The notes under the pieces: generated by a model
The model's input: only the letters and a program-made list of their open reading frames with translations
Told to the model about the DNA's origin: nothing
The model's database searches: none
Made by a program: the position numbers and the translations under genes
NCBI GenBank assembly: GCA_965248005.1
Contig: CBDFIE010000003.1
Location: 1,494,498 to 1,558,497 of the forward strand
Reading direction: 5' to 3'
DNA length: 64,000 bases
DNA from: Dehalococcoidia bacterium
Lineage (GTDB): Bacteria > Chloroflexota > Dehalococcoidia > Lucifugimonadales > UBA1123
Part shown: piece after piece, positions 45,998 to 55,738 of the stretch
Numbering within the stretch: the stretch's first letter is position 1
Layout of the letters: every line of letters begins with the position of its first letter

Positions 45998-47194
45998 CTA
46001 CTCGTATCGAAGGGCCTGGACAGGGTCAAGGCGCGCGGCGTTCCAGGCGGGCATGACGCCAGCAACCATGCCGAGCACCGTCGAGAACACGACGGCGAAG
46101 ATCGCCGTGCCGGCGGTTAGCTCGAACAGTATCGTGCCCGAGGACCGGCCGAGCTGGTTCGCGATCAGCACGACGACAGTGCCCAGGACGAGGCCGATAA
46201 CGCCCCCGATGAGGCCGATCAGACCAGCTTCTGTCACGATTTCCCGCATGATTCGCGCTCTCGACGCCCCGATGGCGCGCTTGATACCAATCTCCCGCGT
46301 CCGTTCGGCGACGCTCATGGCCATGGTGTTGATGACAGATAGCCCGCCGACGATGAGGCTGATCAGCGCCACCCCGAGAATGATGGCGTTGAAGATCGCC
46401 GTCGCTGACCCGATCTCCTCGTCGAACTCGTCGCCTGTCACCGTCTGGACCTGTTCGAGCCGCTCCTCGATGTCCTTTGCGAGCGTCTCGACGTCGATTC
46501 CGTCCTCGGGGAAGACGATGATCTGCGACGCTAGCTCGTGGGCCTCGAGGCCCTGCCTGACCACCAGCGGGAGGTTCTCTCCCAGGAGCCGCTGAGCGGC
46601 TTCGAGGGGCATCAGCGCCGTGGTGTCGGGTGCGGTCAGGGTGGGTTCGAGAACGCCGACGACGCTGAACTCGTGCCCTCGTATGACGATCGTATCCGGG
46701 GGGCGTTTCTTGAACTTGCGCGCCAGGTCAGAGCCCAGGACGACGACGTTGCTTCCTTCGTCCTCCACTGTCAACAGGCGCCCCTGGGCGGCGTTAATCT
46801 CAAAGGTCTCGTGCCCCTGATCGGCGTCGGCCACCGAGCCGGAGATGAAGTCCGGCAGGCCGAATCCGGTGCCCGACGCGTCGGGGTCCAGCAGCATGGA
46901 GACCTCGGGCACGGTGACCGCGACACCCGGCACCGCGAGCAACTTGTCGGCCGTGTCCAACGGCAACGGCACGAATGCGAACCCAAAGGTGAGGTTTGAA
47001 GCATCGCTCACGATGATCTTGTCGGCGAAGTAGGTGCTGCCGCCCTCCACCAGGGCACCGATCTTGTTGGCCATCGAGCTCATTACGACCAGCGCCCAGA
47101 TCCCGACGCTGATGCCAACTATCGTCAGGGTCGTCCGGACTTTCCTACGGGTGAAATTGCGTAATAGCCTCATGAGGTACCTCCGCTTGGTCAC
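45998..47194 (-). CDS. ABC transporter permease, FtsX/MacB-like
   Basis: N-terminal TM segment, a large periplasmic domain, and a C-terminal FtsX-type bundle (REIGIKRAIGASR). Confidence 0.9.
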   Translation of the reverse strand: MTKRRYLMRLLRNFTRRKVRTTLTIVGISVGIWALVVMSSMANKIGALVEGGSTYFADKIIVSDASNLTFGFAFVPLPLDTADKLLAVPGVAVTVPEVSMLLDPDASGTGFGLPDFISGSVADADQGHETFEINAAQGRLLTVEDEGSNVVVLGSDLARKFKKRPPDTIVIRGHEFSVVGVLEPTLTAPDTTALMPLEAAQRLLGENLPLVVRQGLEAHELASQIIVFPEDGIDVETLAKDIEERLEQVQTVTGDEFDEEIGSATAIFNAIILGVALISLIVGGLSVINTMAMSVAERTREIGIKRAIGASRARIMREIVTEAGLIGLIGGVIGLVLGTVVVLIANQLGRSSGTILFELTAGTAIFAVVFSTVLGMVAGVMPAWNAARLDPVQALRYE

Positions 47195-47456
47195 CGCGCC
47201 TATGATAGCCGCCGACAGAGCGGCGTGACAACAGGTCCGGCGGGGTAGCCGCGTCGATGCTACGCAGGGATGGCCAGTATCCGGACCGGACTAGGGTCCA
47301 TATGCCGGTTCAGAAAGGGAAACCGCCCAGGCTGTGCGAGTCGGGGTTGCGATAGGCGCAGGTCTGAGGGGATTCCGGTCTCTGACAGGCGGAGGGAGGT
47401 GACTCTGAGCCCGACTCAGTTCAGGCGGTTACATACGGAGGGCTCAACCCGAGCCG

Positions 47457-48485
47457 CTACCAGGTGGGCTCGGTATCGTCGGCGTCGTTTTTGGTGACCT
47501 GCTTCTGGTTCTTGCCGTCCGCGGTCATCACGAAGATGTCGGCGTCGCCGTCGAGATAGGACACAAAGGCGATCTGATTGCCCGACGGGGACCAGACCGG
47601 TTGGACGTCAACGGTGGTGTTGAAGGTCAGCCTCTCTTGGCGTGTCCCGTCCCTGGCGGTCACGTAGATCTCGGGGTTGTCGTCCCGCTCGGATACGAAA
47701 ACGATCCTCTGGCCATTGGGCGACCAGGAGATGCCGTACTCGGCCGCATCGGTCTCGGTCAGGCGCTTAACGTTGCTGCCCTCGGCGTCCATGACGTAGA
47801 TCTCGGGATTGCCGTCCCGTTCCGAGAGGAAGGCGAGCTGCTTGGCGTCCGGCGACCATACGGGGCTGTAGTCCGGATTGTTGGTGACCCGGAACTCGTT
47901 GACGCCGTCGGGGTTGCGGGTGTAGATACCCTCGCTCTCCCCGCCCCGCACGGCGAAGGCAATGCTGTCGCCGTCCCGCGACCAGTCACCGACCTCGTGG
48001 CCGGGAACAGAAGTGAGGCGTGCGATGGTCGCGCCGGCAACGGTGGCCACATATATTCCGGTGGTCGTGGCGCTACGGCTCTCGGCAAAGGCGATACGCT
48101 CGCCTTTCGGTGACCAACGCTGGGTGCTGCGACCGGCGCCAGCCTGGGTCATGGCGGCCCGCTCACTCCCATCGATCCGCATGACTTCAAGGGCGGTCGC
48201 ACCTTCGGCGCCCGACAGGAAAGCGACCATGCGTCTATTCGGGGAGAGCCGAGCGGCGAACTCATCGGCCTGGGAGTTGGTCAGGTTGGTCTCCCCGCCG
48301 TCTCGAACCTCGACGGAGTATATCTCCAGGTTGCCGTCCCTGTCCGAGGTGAAGAATATGCTTGTGGATGTGGAGCTGCAAGCCGTCGCCGCCAGCAGCA
48401 GCATCGCAACGACCAGCGCCGCCATGTGTGTGGGGAGGGCACTACGGCGCACGACCGATAAGGGGATGGTGATTGGGAAGCGCAT
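47457..48485 (-). CDS. TolB-like beta-propeller (PD40/WD40-like repeat) lipoprotein
   Basis: Repeated motifs: SPDAKQLAFLSERDGNPEIYVMDA, SPNGQRIVFVSERDDNPEIYV, SPSGNQIAFVSYLDGDADIFVM. A LLLAATAC lipobox is present. The start is approximate. Confidence 0.85.
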   Translation of the reverse strand: MRFPITIPLSVVRRSALPTHMAALVVAMLLLAATACSSTSTSIFFTSDRDGNLEIYSVEVRDGGETNLTNSQADEFAARLSPNRRMVAFLSGAEGATALEVMRIDGSERAAMTQAGAGRSTQRWSPKGERIAFAESRSATTTGIYVATVAGATIARLTSVPGHEVGDWSRDGDSIAFAVRGGESEGIYTRNPDGVNEFRVTNNPDYSPVWSPDAKQLAFLSERDGNPEIYVMDAEGSNVKRLTETDAAEYGISWSPNGQRIVFVSERDDNPEIYVTARDGTRQERLTFNTTVDVQPVWSPSGNQIAFVSYLDGDADIFVMTADGKNQKQVTKNDADDTEPTW

Positions 48486-48676
48486 GGTGGTTACCGTGAT
48501 CCCCCCTGGGGCCACACAGACGCGGCCGAGACGTTACATCGGATAGCTGGCGTCAGTCAGCGTGTATCCTACCACAAGCTCGCCCGTATTTCGCGTGGCC
48601 GTGTCGTGCCAGGAAGTAACCTTCGAGGCGATTTCAGGCACTAAGAGTTGTACCCGCACTGGCAGGAACTCTCATA

Positions 48677-48895
48677 ATGGACCAGAGGACAGACGCGGAG
48701 CTGGTGGCCCTGGCGCAAAAAGGCGATAGGGACGCCTTCGGCACCCTGGCCGAGCGGTATGGGTCCGTGGCCGAGCGAGTGGCCTACCGTATGCTCGGCC
48801 GCCGGGATGTCTCCCAGGAAACTTCCCAGCACAGTGGACGTGGAGCGGGCTACGCGAGAGGTTCTCGGCGAGGCCTTCGGCGCCGACCCGGATAG
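48677..48895 (+). pseudogene. ECF sigma-70 factor N-terminal fragment (region 2 start only)
   Basis: DAELVALAQKGDRDAFGTLAERYGSVAERVAYRMLG is a typical ECF sigma N-terminus. It then degenerates into Arg/Gly-rich sequence, and no region 4 is present. Confidence 0.5.
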
Positions 48896-49099
48896 GCCTG
48901 ACTGAAGGGGTCCGGTATTCCGTCCCATCCGGCGTGGGCCCCCGGCGGTCGGCAGCGACCCCGCCTTGCGACGTCCACCCGCCGGCGCCAACAGGACGAC
49001 CGCGCCGACGGGTGTAACCTCTCTCAGTGGTAGAGGATGGCTGACGCGTCGACTCCCAGCGTGTACCATGACCCCATCGCAAACCGAGGGGGCAGACAC

Positions 49100-50191
49100 G
49101 TGAAGATCACTGAGGTTACCGCAACTCCTCTTAAGACAGGCCCGATGCTGGTCCAGGTGCTCACCGACGAGGGCGTCACGGGAATCGCCGAGGCGTCGGG
49201 ACGCAACTGGAAGCTGATGAAGGCCATGATCGAGGAGGTGCTTCAACCGATCATCGTGGGCAGCGACCCGCGCCACACCAACCAGAACTGGGAGGCCATG
49301 TTCTTTGGCACCTCCCGGCTAGGGCCCATGGGCGTGCAGACCACGGCGATCGGCGCCATCGACATCGCCTGCTGGGACATCTTCGGCAAGTGGGCGGTCC
49401 TGCCGCTGTATGAGTTGCTGGGCGGCGCCGCCCGGACCCGCGTCAAGGTCTACTTCAGCGCCGGCCTGGGCTGGAGCCGGCAACCCGAGGAGATGCTGGC
49501 CAATGTGGAGCAGGGTTTTGAGAACGGCTTCCGCGCCTTCAAGGTCCGCATGGACTGGAACTCCAACCGCCAGGACTCCGATCCCGAGAAGGACTACCAG
49601 ATGTTCAAGGTGTGCCGCGAGTACCTGCCCGAAGACGTGCCCCTGAGCTTCGACGCCAACAACGGCTACTCCGTCAGCACGGCCATCAGCCAGGGACAGC
49701 GTTTCGAGGAGCTGGGCATCGCCCACTTCGAGGAGCCACTGCCCCAGTACGACTACCTGGGTCTAAAGCAGGTGGCCGACGCCCTCGCCGTGCCCGTGTC
49801 CTCGGGCGAGCAGGAGCACACGCGCTGGCAGTTCCGCGACCTGATCCAGATCGGCGACCCGGACATCCTTCAGCCGGACATCGTCATGGCCGGAGGCATA
49901 TCGGAGGTCCGCAAGATCTATACTCTGGCCGAGACCTTCAACAAGCCGGTGATGCCCCACTGCCCCTCGGCGGGGATATCAAGCGCGGCCAGCCTACACC
50001 TCTACGCCACGGTCACCAACGCCGTCCGCCCCCACGAGTACTCGCGGGAGTTCACCGGCGCGGCAGCGCAGGTCGACAAGCTCTTCGAGGAGCCTTTCGT
50101 GCTGGAGGACGGCCACGTGAGCATCCCTGACCGCCCGGGTCTGGGCCTGGTGGTCGACCCCGACGGGCTGGAGGCCCTGCGGTTGGATTAG
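49100..50191 (+). CDS. mandelate racemase/muconate lactonizing enzyme family (enolase superfamily) protein
   Basis: AIDIACWD, FKVRMDW, SFDANNGY, FEEP and GEQE metal-ligand motifs. I prefer the GTG start at 49100, with GAGGGGG upstream. Confidence 0.88.
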   Translation: MKITEVTATPLKTGPMLVQVLTDEGVTGIAEASGRNWKLMKAMIEEVLQPIIVGSDPRHTNQNWEAMFFGTSRLGPMGVQTTAIGAIDIACWDIFGKWAVLPLYELLGGAARTRVKVYFSAGLGWSRQPEEMLANVEQGFENGFRAFKVRMDWNSNRQDSDPEKDYQMFKVCREYLPEDVPLSFDANNGYSVSTAISQGQRFEELGIAHFEEPLPQYDYLGLKQVADALAVPVSSGEQEHTRWQFRDLIQIGDPDILQPDIVMAGGISEVRKIYTLAETFNKPVMPHCPSAGISSAASLHLYATVTNAVRPHEYSREFTGAAAQVDKLFEEPFVLEDGHVSIPDRPGLGLVVDPDGLEALRLD

Positions 50192-50217
50192 GGCATCAGC
50201 ACTTTGACGCCCGCCGG

Positions 50218-50718
50218 TTACGCCTGTTCCTGAAGCTCCCTCGCCCGCAGGTAGTCCCGGTAGCTGGCGTCCTTGTCGCCCCTCATCCAGTGGACGATGC
50301 TGCGGTGACGGTAGCCGCTCCAGGCGGACGGGTCCAGTTCGATGCACCGGTCCAGGTCCGCCAGGGCCCGGTCAAGCTCGCCGGTCTCCGAGCAGGCCAG
50401 GCCCCGGTTCAGGTAGGCGTCACGATACTCGGGGTCGAGCTCGATGGCGCGGGACGCATCGCGGACCGCCGATGTGGGGTCGCCGGTGCACAAATGGGCC
50501 ACTCCACGGTTGTTGTGAGCCATGCTGTTTTTGGGGTCCAGGTCGATGACGCGGCCCATGTCCTCGATCGTCCTCTCGTAGTCGCCGGCGTTGGAGTAGG
50601 CGTTGCCCCGGCGAAAGTAGGCTTCGGCGTCCGACGGATCACGCTCGATGGCTTCGGTCGTCTCGGCGACAACGCGCTCCAGGTCGGGCGTGGGGCCCGG
50701 GTGGCTTCGGCTCGTCAC
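50218..50718 (-). CDS. tetratricopeptide repeat protein
   Basis: About four TPR units (AEAYFRRGNAYSNAGDYERTIEDMGRVIDLDP and similar). Confidence 0.8.
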   Translation of the reverse strand: MTSRSHPGPTPDLERVVAETTEAIERDPSDAEAYFRRGNAYSNAGDYERTIEDMGRVIDLDPKNSMAHNNRGVAHLCTGDPTSAVRDASRAIELDPEYRDAYLNRGLACSETGELDRALADLDRCIELDPSAWSGYRHRSIVHWMRGDKDASYRDYLRARELQEQA

Positions 50719-50777
50719 GGTCCCGTAGGGTTGCAGTAGCGTATCGGGAAGGGACGGCTTTTCGCAAACAGAGAACG

Positions 50778-51209
50778 CTACCGTTTAGCCAAGCGGCTCG
50801 GATCCCCGCCGGGATTCCGTAATCGCGTTATCAGCGCAACCATGCCAGCATTCAAATCGCATTCCCAGATCACGCAAACTTTCCAGTTCCTCTCTCTTAG
50901 TGCAGCAAAATTCACCACATCGCGTTTCACGTTACGTGCAATCTTGGCAATCCAGTAAGACCTATTTGACACGGGCAATCTGAAGCGTCTGCATTCATGC
51001 CCATGCCAGAAACAGCCATGAACGAACACAACCGTCGAATAGCGGGGCAATACGATATCAGGCCTACCGGGCAGATCTTTCCGATGAAGCCGGTACCGGA
51101 AGCCGGCGGAGTGCAGAGTTTTGCGGACGGCGAGTTCAATAGACGTGTCCTCCGAGTGTACGAGCGCCATGATCCGACTTCGTTCCTCAGGTGGAACTTT
51201 GTCAGCCAC
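50778..51209 (-). CDS. vsr: very short patch repair endonuclease
   Basis: RSRIMALVHSEDTSIELAVRK, PGRPDIVLP, VFVHGCFWHGHEC and YWIAKIARNVKRD motifs. Confidence 0.9.
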   Translation of the reverse strand: MADKVPPEERSRIMALVHSEDTSIELAVRKTLHSAGFRYRLHRKDLPGRPDIVLPRYSTVVFVHGCFWHGHECRRFRLPVSNRSYWIAKIARNVKRDVVNFAALRERNWKVCVIWECDLNAGMVALITRLRNPGGDPSRLAKR

Positions 51210-51211
51210 AC

Positions 51212-51865
51212 TTACCCCTCGTCGGACACTTCCTCCAACCGCTGCCTTGCAAGATGCTCCAACCTTCGCGCCTGAGTGAGGAGAGTTCTTCGCAACCCCG
51301 GCTGGACGGATCGCTCACTAATCACTTGAGCGAGTTTGGCGATGGTGCTAGCTCTCCGAGCAACACGAATGTCTGCGTGCTTTCGGCGCTCATATAATGA
51401 GTCTGGGACGATCCTCCCTCGTACAGGGGCAGGCAGTTCAATCTTCGGTGCGGGGGAAACCGGGACTTCGTTCAACACCGCACCAAATAGGGACGCTCCC
51501 AGGAGCATCTGGAAGACTGTATATTCAGCAGAGTCAAGTATATTCTTGATGTCAGCTCTCGGTCTTCCTGTTAGTTCCCAGAGTGGCCACATCTCTATGT
51601 CCGCGACTTCAAAAGGGTCAAGCACGTTCATGGCAACGGCGTCGGTTCTTCGGTTGCTGAGATGGCGTCGAATGCGAACCCTTAGTTTTTCGTGTGTCTG
51701 GCCTACGTAGATGGGCTCCCCATCATAATCATAAAAAGCGTAGACTCCGCGGGTGGCATCGCCTACGCGGTTGTCGGTGGCGTCACGCGCATTTAGGACG
51801 CGCTCCATTTCAGACAGTATCTCACGGACTTCATGGGGGGGCTCTTCGGAGCGTCTACGAGGCAT
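51212..51865 (-). CDS. GIY-YIG nuclease-domain protein, candidate restriction endonuclease
   Basis: GVYAFYDYDGEPIYVGQT...LRVRIRRH is a GIY-(10)-YVG-(n)-R core. The gene sits between the methyltransferase and vsr. The start at MPRRRSEE overlaps the methyltransferase stop by 11 nt. Confidence 0.65.
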   Translation of the reverse strand: MPRRRSEEPPHEVREILSEMERVLNARDATDNRVGDATRGVYAFYDYDGEPIYVGQTHEKLRVRIRRHLSNRRTDAVAMNVLDPFEVADIEMWPLWELTGRPRADIKNILDSAEYTVFQMLLGASLFGAVLNEVPVSPAPKIELPAPVRGRIVPDSLYERRKHADIRVARRASTIAKLAQVISERSVQPGLRRTLLTQARRLEHLARQRLEEVSDEG

Positions 51866-53012
51866 TTGAAAAAGCCATCTGGACAGGTCTCGGAACCAGT
51901 TTGCCTTGGACAAGGGGCACCAGGTAGTGCCGCGCCAGCCATCCAACGACTGGAACGCAGACGCCATCGCCCATTGCGAATCTCACCTGGCTCTCGCTCG
52001 CTCCGTCGAACTTAAAGTCTGGCGCTCCTTGTAACGTGGCATACTCGCGCGCGGTCATCCACCGTGCCTTGACGCTACCCTGACCAGCTTCCACCAGCGC
52101 CTGTTTGCTGGATCCCCCCCGTGCCGTACGCAAGCATCCACTGATCTCGTCAGCCCGGATTTCCCAGACAGCTGATCCATGGCGAGTTCGGCGGTATGCA
52201 GCCGCCCGATGTATCTGACCAGATGCTCGCAACGATTCGAGCCGCTTGCTCTGGATATCGGACAGTGACGCGAGGAAAGCGCCGAGTCGTCGAGCATCCC
52301 ACCACAATTCGCTAGTTGGAGGGATGGGTTCAGCAACCTCCGAAAGTGTCCTCGCGCTGTGGGGAAGTTTAGGCAAAGATGCGGCTTGCATCAACAACTC
52401 GGGATGTTTCTTGATGAAACGAATTACGTTGATGGAGCGATGTTGGCTAGGCGCGAAATTGGGAGTGCCTACGAAGCGTGAGAGCGACCCAATCACGAAA
52501 ACGCGTGATCGGCTCTGAGCGACGAAGTGCCGTGCGTCTAGCGTGAGTACATCGCAAGTGTATCCGAGCCCATTCAGAGCGGCGATCGTATCCCTCAGAT
52601 CCCTTCCGTGATTCGATGTGGCGAACCCGGAAACGTTTTCGAGCATAACGACTTGCGGCCTGTGCATCGCCATTTCGTCAAGTATGCTAATGAACTTCCA
52701 CAGAATACTCGAGTCCCTCCCGGCAAGGCCGTCGCGATGACCAGCGAGGGAAAGATTCGTACATGGGAACGACGCCGTAGCAATGTCGATTTCAGGCACG
52801 TGAAAAGCCCCGATATCTCGTATGTCGCAGCAGACGAACGGGGACGGGTCGAAGTTCGCGGCATATAAATCGCGCTTCTTCTTATCGATATCATTGGCGA
52901 AGACGACGCGGCACCCTTCCGATTCCAGCGCCATTCTCACGAGCCCTATCCCTGCGAAGAACTCTGCTACGCGGGGGCGACCATCGTATGCTCTCGTCAA
53001 CGGGCACCTCAT
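51855..53012 (-). CDS. DNA (cytosine-5)-methyltransferase
   Basis: C5-MTase motifs in order: I FFAGIGL, IV SFPCTNLS, VI LENV, VIII QSRSRVF, X GDGVCVPV. Confidence 0.93.
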   Translation of the reverse strand: MRCPLTRAYDGRPRVAEFFAGIGLVRMALESEGCRVVFANDIDKKKRDLYAANFDPSPFVCCDIRDIGAFHVPEIDIATASFPCTNLSLAGHRDGLAGRDSSILWKFISILDEMAMHRPQVVMLENVSGFATSNHGRDLRDTIAALNGLGYTCDVLTLDARHFVAQSRSRVFVIGSLSRFVGTPNFAPSQHRSINVIRFIKKHPELLMQAASLPKLPHSARTLSEVAEPIPPTSELWWDARRLGAFLASLSDIQSKRLESLRASGQIHRAAAYRRTRHGSAVWEIRADEISGCLRTARGGSSKQALVEAGQGSVKARWMTAREYATLQGAPDFKFDGASESQVRFAMGDGVCVPVVGWLARHYLVPLVQGKLVPRPVQMAFSNAS

Positions 53013-53258
53013 TGAGCAATATACCTGATGCTCAAATCCACCACATTAGAACATATATACCAAAGCGCCGGATGTCAACCGTTAAAATCGGCTGTTCGGA
53101 CTTGGACCGTTTCGGCGCGGATCACCACTATCCAGACAAACGGAAAGCGGTGCACGCTTAACCCTGCACACGTTAAGACACCCCGCTGGCGCGCCTCCGT
53201 CGGATGGCCACCCCGGCCAGCGGGTCTGCTACAATTCACCACCGGAGGTAGGGCAGCG

Positions 53259-53636
53259 ATGACGATGGACAGGTTTCAGCCGGGCCAGAGCGGCGAGCTG
53301 GAGACTATCGTGACCAGGCGGCTGACCACCAACCGCATGGGGCGGAAGGGCGCCGACGTGCTCTCCACCCCCTCGCTGCTGGGCCTGATGGAGAACGCCT
53401 GCATCAAGGCCTCCGACCCCTACATGCCCGAAGGACACACATCGGTGGGCTACGCGGTGGACGGCCTCCGCCACATCGCCCCCACGGCCATAGACCAGAC
53501 GGTCCTGGTCAAGTCCGTGCTCACGGAGGTCGACAGAAACCGCCTCACCTACGAGATCGAGGCCTACGAGGGCGACAAGAGGATCGGCACGGCGACCCAC
53601 AAGCGGGCCGTGATATCCACGGACGCCGACGCGTGA
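53259..53636 (+). CDS. hotdog-fold thioesterase (FlK-like family)
   Basis: VLSTPSLLGLMENA...GHTSVGYAVDGLRHIAPT...LTYEIEAYEG matches the thioester dehydrase/thioesterase family. GGAGG lies upstream of the Met at 53259. Confidence 0.7.
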   Translation: MTMDRFQPGQSGELETIVTRRLTTNRMGRKGADVLSTPSLLGLMENACIKASDPYMPEGHTSVGYAVDGLRHIAPTAIDQTVLVKSVLTEVDRNRLTYEIEAYEGDKRIGTATHKRAVISTDADA

Positions 53637-53675
53637 TGCCGCGCCGCCTATTCGGACCGGACGTGGGCCCTCCGC

Positions 53676-54941
53676 TTGCCTCACCTGGCGCACCGGGCAC
53701 CGAACCGCTCCCAACTGATCGGACCTGACCCAGTGGCGGGCGAGCCAACAGGGTTCCTGCACGGTCTGAAGGTCCTGGACCTGACCCACTACGTCGCCGG
53801 CCCCTACGCGACGCGGCTGATGGCCGGCCAGGGCGCGGAGGTCGTCAAGGTCGAGCGCGCCGACGGCGGCGACCCCGCGCGGCGCATCGGGCCTTTCGCC
53901 GGTGGTGCCCCCCACCGGGAAAAGAGCGCCCTTTTCCTCTACCTGAACACGGGGAAGAAGAGCGTCACCCTCAACCTCAAGACCTCGGCGGGCAGGTCGA
54001 TTGTCCACGACCTGGTCCGGTGGGCGGACGTTCTGGTTGAGAATTTCCAACCGCGGGTGCTGCCGTCGCTGGAGCTGGACTACGACCGGCTCTCGCGGAT
54101 CAACGAGAGTCTGGTCATGACATCGATCTCCAACTTCGGACAGACTGGGCCATACCGCGATTTTGAGGCAAGGGAGATCAACCTCTACGCCTTTGGCGGG
54201 CTGCAGTACATCACCGGCGAGCCGGACCGGGAGCCGTTGCAGATGGCTGCGCGGCTGGCCCAGTACGGTGCTGGACAGAACGCCTTCGTTGGGACGCTGG
54301 CGGCCCTCTGGCACCGCGATTCCACGGGTCAGGGCCAACACGTGGACGTGGCAATCTCCGAGTATCTGGCCACGATCCTGGAGAACGCCTTGAGCATGTA
54401 TTCCTATACTGGTAGCAGCTTCAGGCGAACCGGGAACCGGGGCTACGGCCGTGCGGCGTGGGGACCATACCCTTGTAAAGACGGTTTCGTGGGCGTGATC
54501 GCGGGACCCGACCACAAGTGGCCCGCCATGGCCGAGCTTATGGGCATCCCTGAGCTTGCCGAGGCCAGATTCGGCGACAGGGCCGGGCGGGCGGCCCACG
54601 CCGACGCGCTGGACGCGCTGATGCTGCCCTGGCTCATGCAGCACGGCAAGCGCGAGATCTTCGAGCGTGCCCAGGCCGTGGGTCTGGCCTTCGCCTACGC
54701 CGCCACTCCCGAGGACATACTTCATTGGGAGCATCTGGAGCAGCGGGGCTTCTTCGCCGAGGTCGATCACTCCGAAGCGGGGGCATTCAAGTATCCCACC
54801 GGCCCGTTCCAGACCGAGTCGATGGCCTGGGACCTCTCTCCGGCGCCCACTCTCGGTCAACACAACCGCCAGGTATTTCGCGATCTTCTGGGGTATACTG
54901 CGAGCGATCTGGTCCGCCTGCGCCAGACGGCGGTAATGTAA
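53676..54941 (+). CDS. family III CoA-transferase (CaiB/BaiF-like)
   Basis: LKVLDLTHYVAGPYATRLMAGQGAEVVKVE and ADVLVENFQP motifs. The start is uncertain; GTG at 53733 is possible. Confidence 0.88.
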   Translation: MPHLAHRAPNRSQLIGPDPVAGEPTGFLHGLKVLDLTHYVAGPYATRLMAGQGAEVVKVERADGGDPARRIGPFAGGAPHREKSALFLYLNTGKKSVTLNLKTSAGRSIVHDLVRWADVLVENFQPRVLPSLELDYDRLSRINESLVMTSISNFGQTGPYRDFEAREINLYAFGGLQYITGEPDREPLQMAARLAQYGAGQNAFVGTLAALWHRDSTGQGQHVDVAISEYLATILENALSMYSYTGSSFRRTGNRGYGRAAWGPYPCKDGFVGVIAGPDHKWPAMAELMGIPELAEARFGDRAGRAAHADALDALMLPWLMQHGKREIFERAQAVGLAFAYAATPEDILHWEHLEQRGFFAEVDHSEAGAFKYPTGPFQTESMAWDLSPAPTLGQHNRQVFRDLLGYTASDLVRLRQTAVM

Positions 54942-55045
54942 GCTACTGATAGCCGATTCCTGACAGCTGACTGCCTGCCCCGACGTCCCGATCCCGATGC
55001 GGGACCAAATCGGGGAGTCGGGGGCTGATAGCTGAGAGCTACGCA

Positions 55046-55738
55046 ATGCCGAACACCGTGCTGGTGGTAGAGGACGAAGAGAACCTTCTCACTGCCCTCA
55101 CCTACAACCTGGGACGTGAAGGCTACACGGTCCTGACTGCAACGGACGGGCAGGCGGCCCTTGCTCTCGCCCGCAGCCATTCGCCGGACCTGATCATCCT
55201 GGACGTGATGCTCCCCGAACTCGACGGCTTCGAGGTCTGTCGCATCCTGAGGAGGGAGTCGGAAGTCCCCATCATGATGCTGACGGCCAAGGGTGAGGAG
55301 ATCGACCGGGTTGTCGGGCTGGAGCTGGGTGCCGACGACTACGTGACCAAGCCCTTCAGCACCCGTGAGCTGATGGTCCGGGTCCGCAACATGCTGAGGC
55401 GGACGGCGACGGCCCCCGGCGTCACTCACGGCGACCACGACGTGCTCGCCGCCGGCGACCTTGTGATTGACCTGGCCAGCCACACCGTCAGGCGCGAAGG
55501 CGAGCCGATGTCCTTGCGGCCCCGGGAGTTCGAGCTGCTGTCGCTGCTGGTGTCGAACATGGGCAGGGCCCTCTCACGAAACCAGATACTCGACGGTCTG
55601 TGGGGTCACGACTATATAGGCGATACCCGGACCGTTGACGTCCACGTGCGGTGGCTGCGAGAGAAGATTGAGCCCGACCCCGCAAATCCTCGTCGCATAG
55701 TGACCGTTCGCAGTGTCGGCTATAGGTTCGACGGGTGA
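55046..55738 (+). CDS. OmpR/PhoB-type response regulator
   Basis: Receiver domain (VLVVEDE, DLIILDVMLP, LTAKG) plus a winged-helix domain (RTVDVHVRWLREKIE). It lies directly upstream of a kinase gene and the pst operon. Confidence 0.9.
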   Translation: MPNTVLVVEDEENLLTALTYNLGREGYTVLTATDGQAALALARSHSPDLIILDVMLPELDGFEVCRILRRESEVPIMMLTAKGEEIDRVVGLELGADDYVTKPFSTRELMVRVRNMLRRTATAPGVTHGDHDVLAAGDLVIDLASHTVRREGEPMSLRPREFELLSLLVSNMGRALSRNQILDGLWGHDYIGDTRTVDVHVRWLREKIEPDPANPRRIVTVRSVGYRFDG

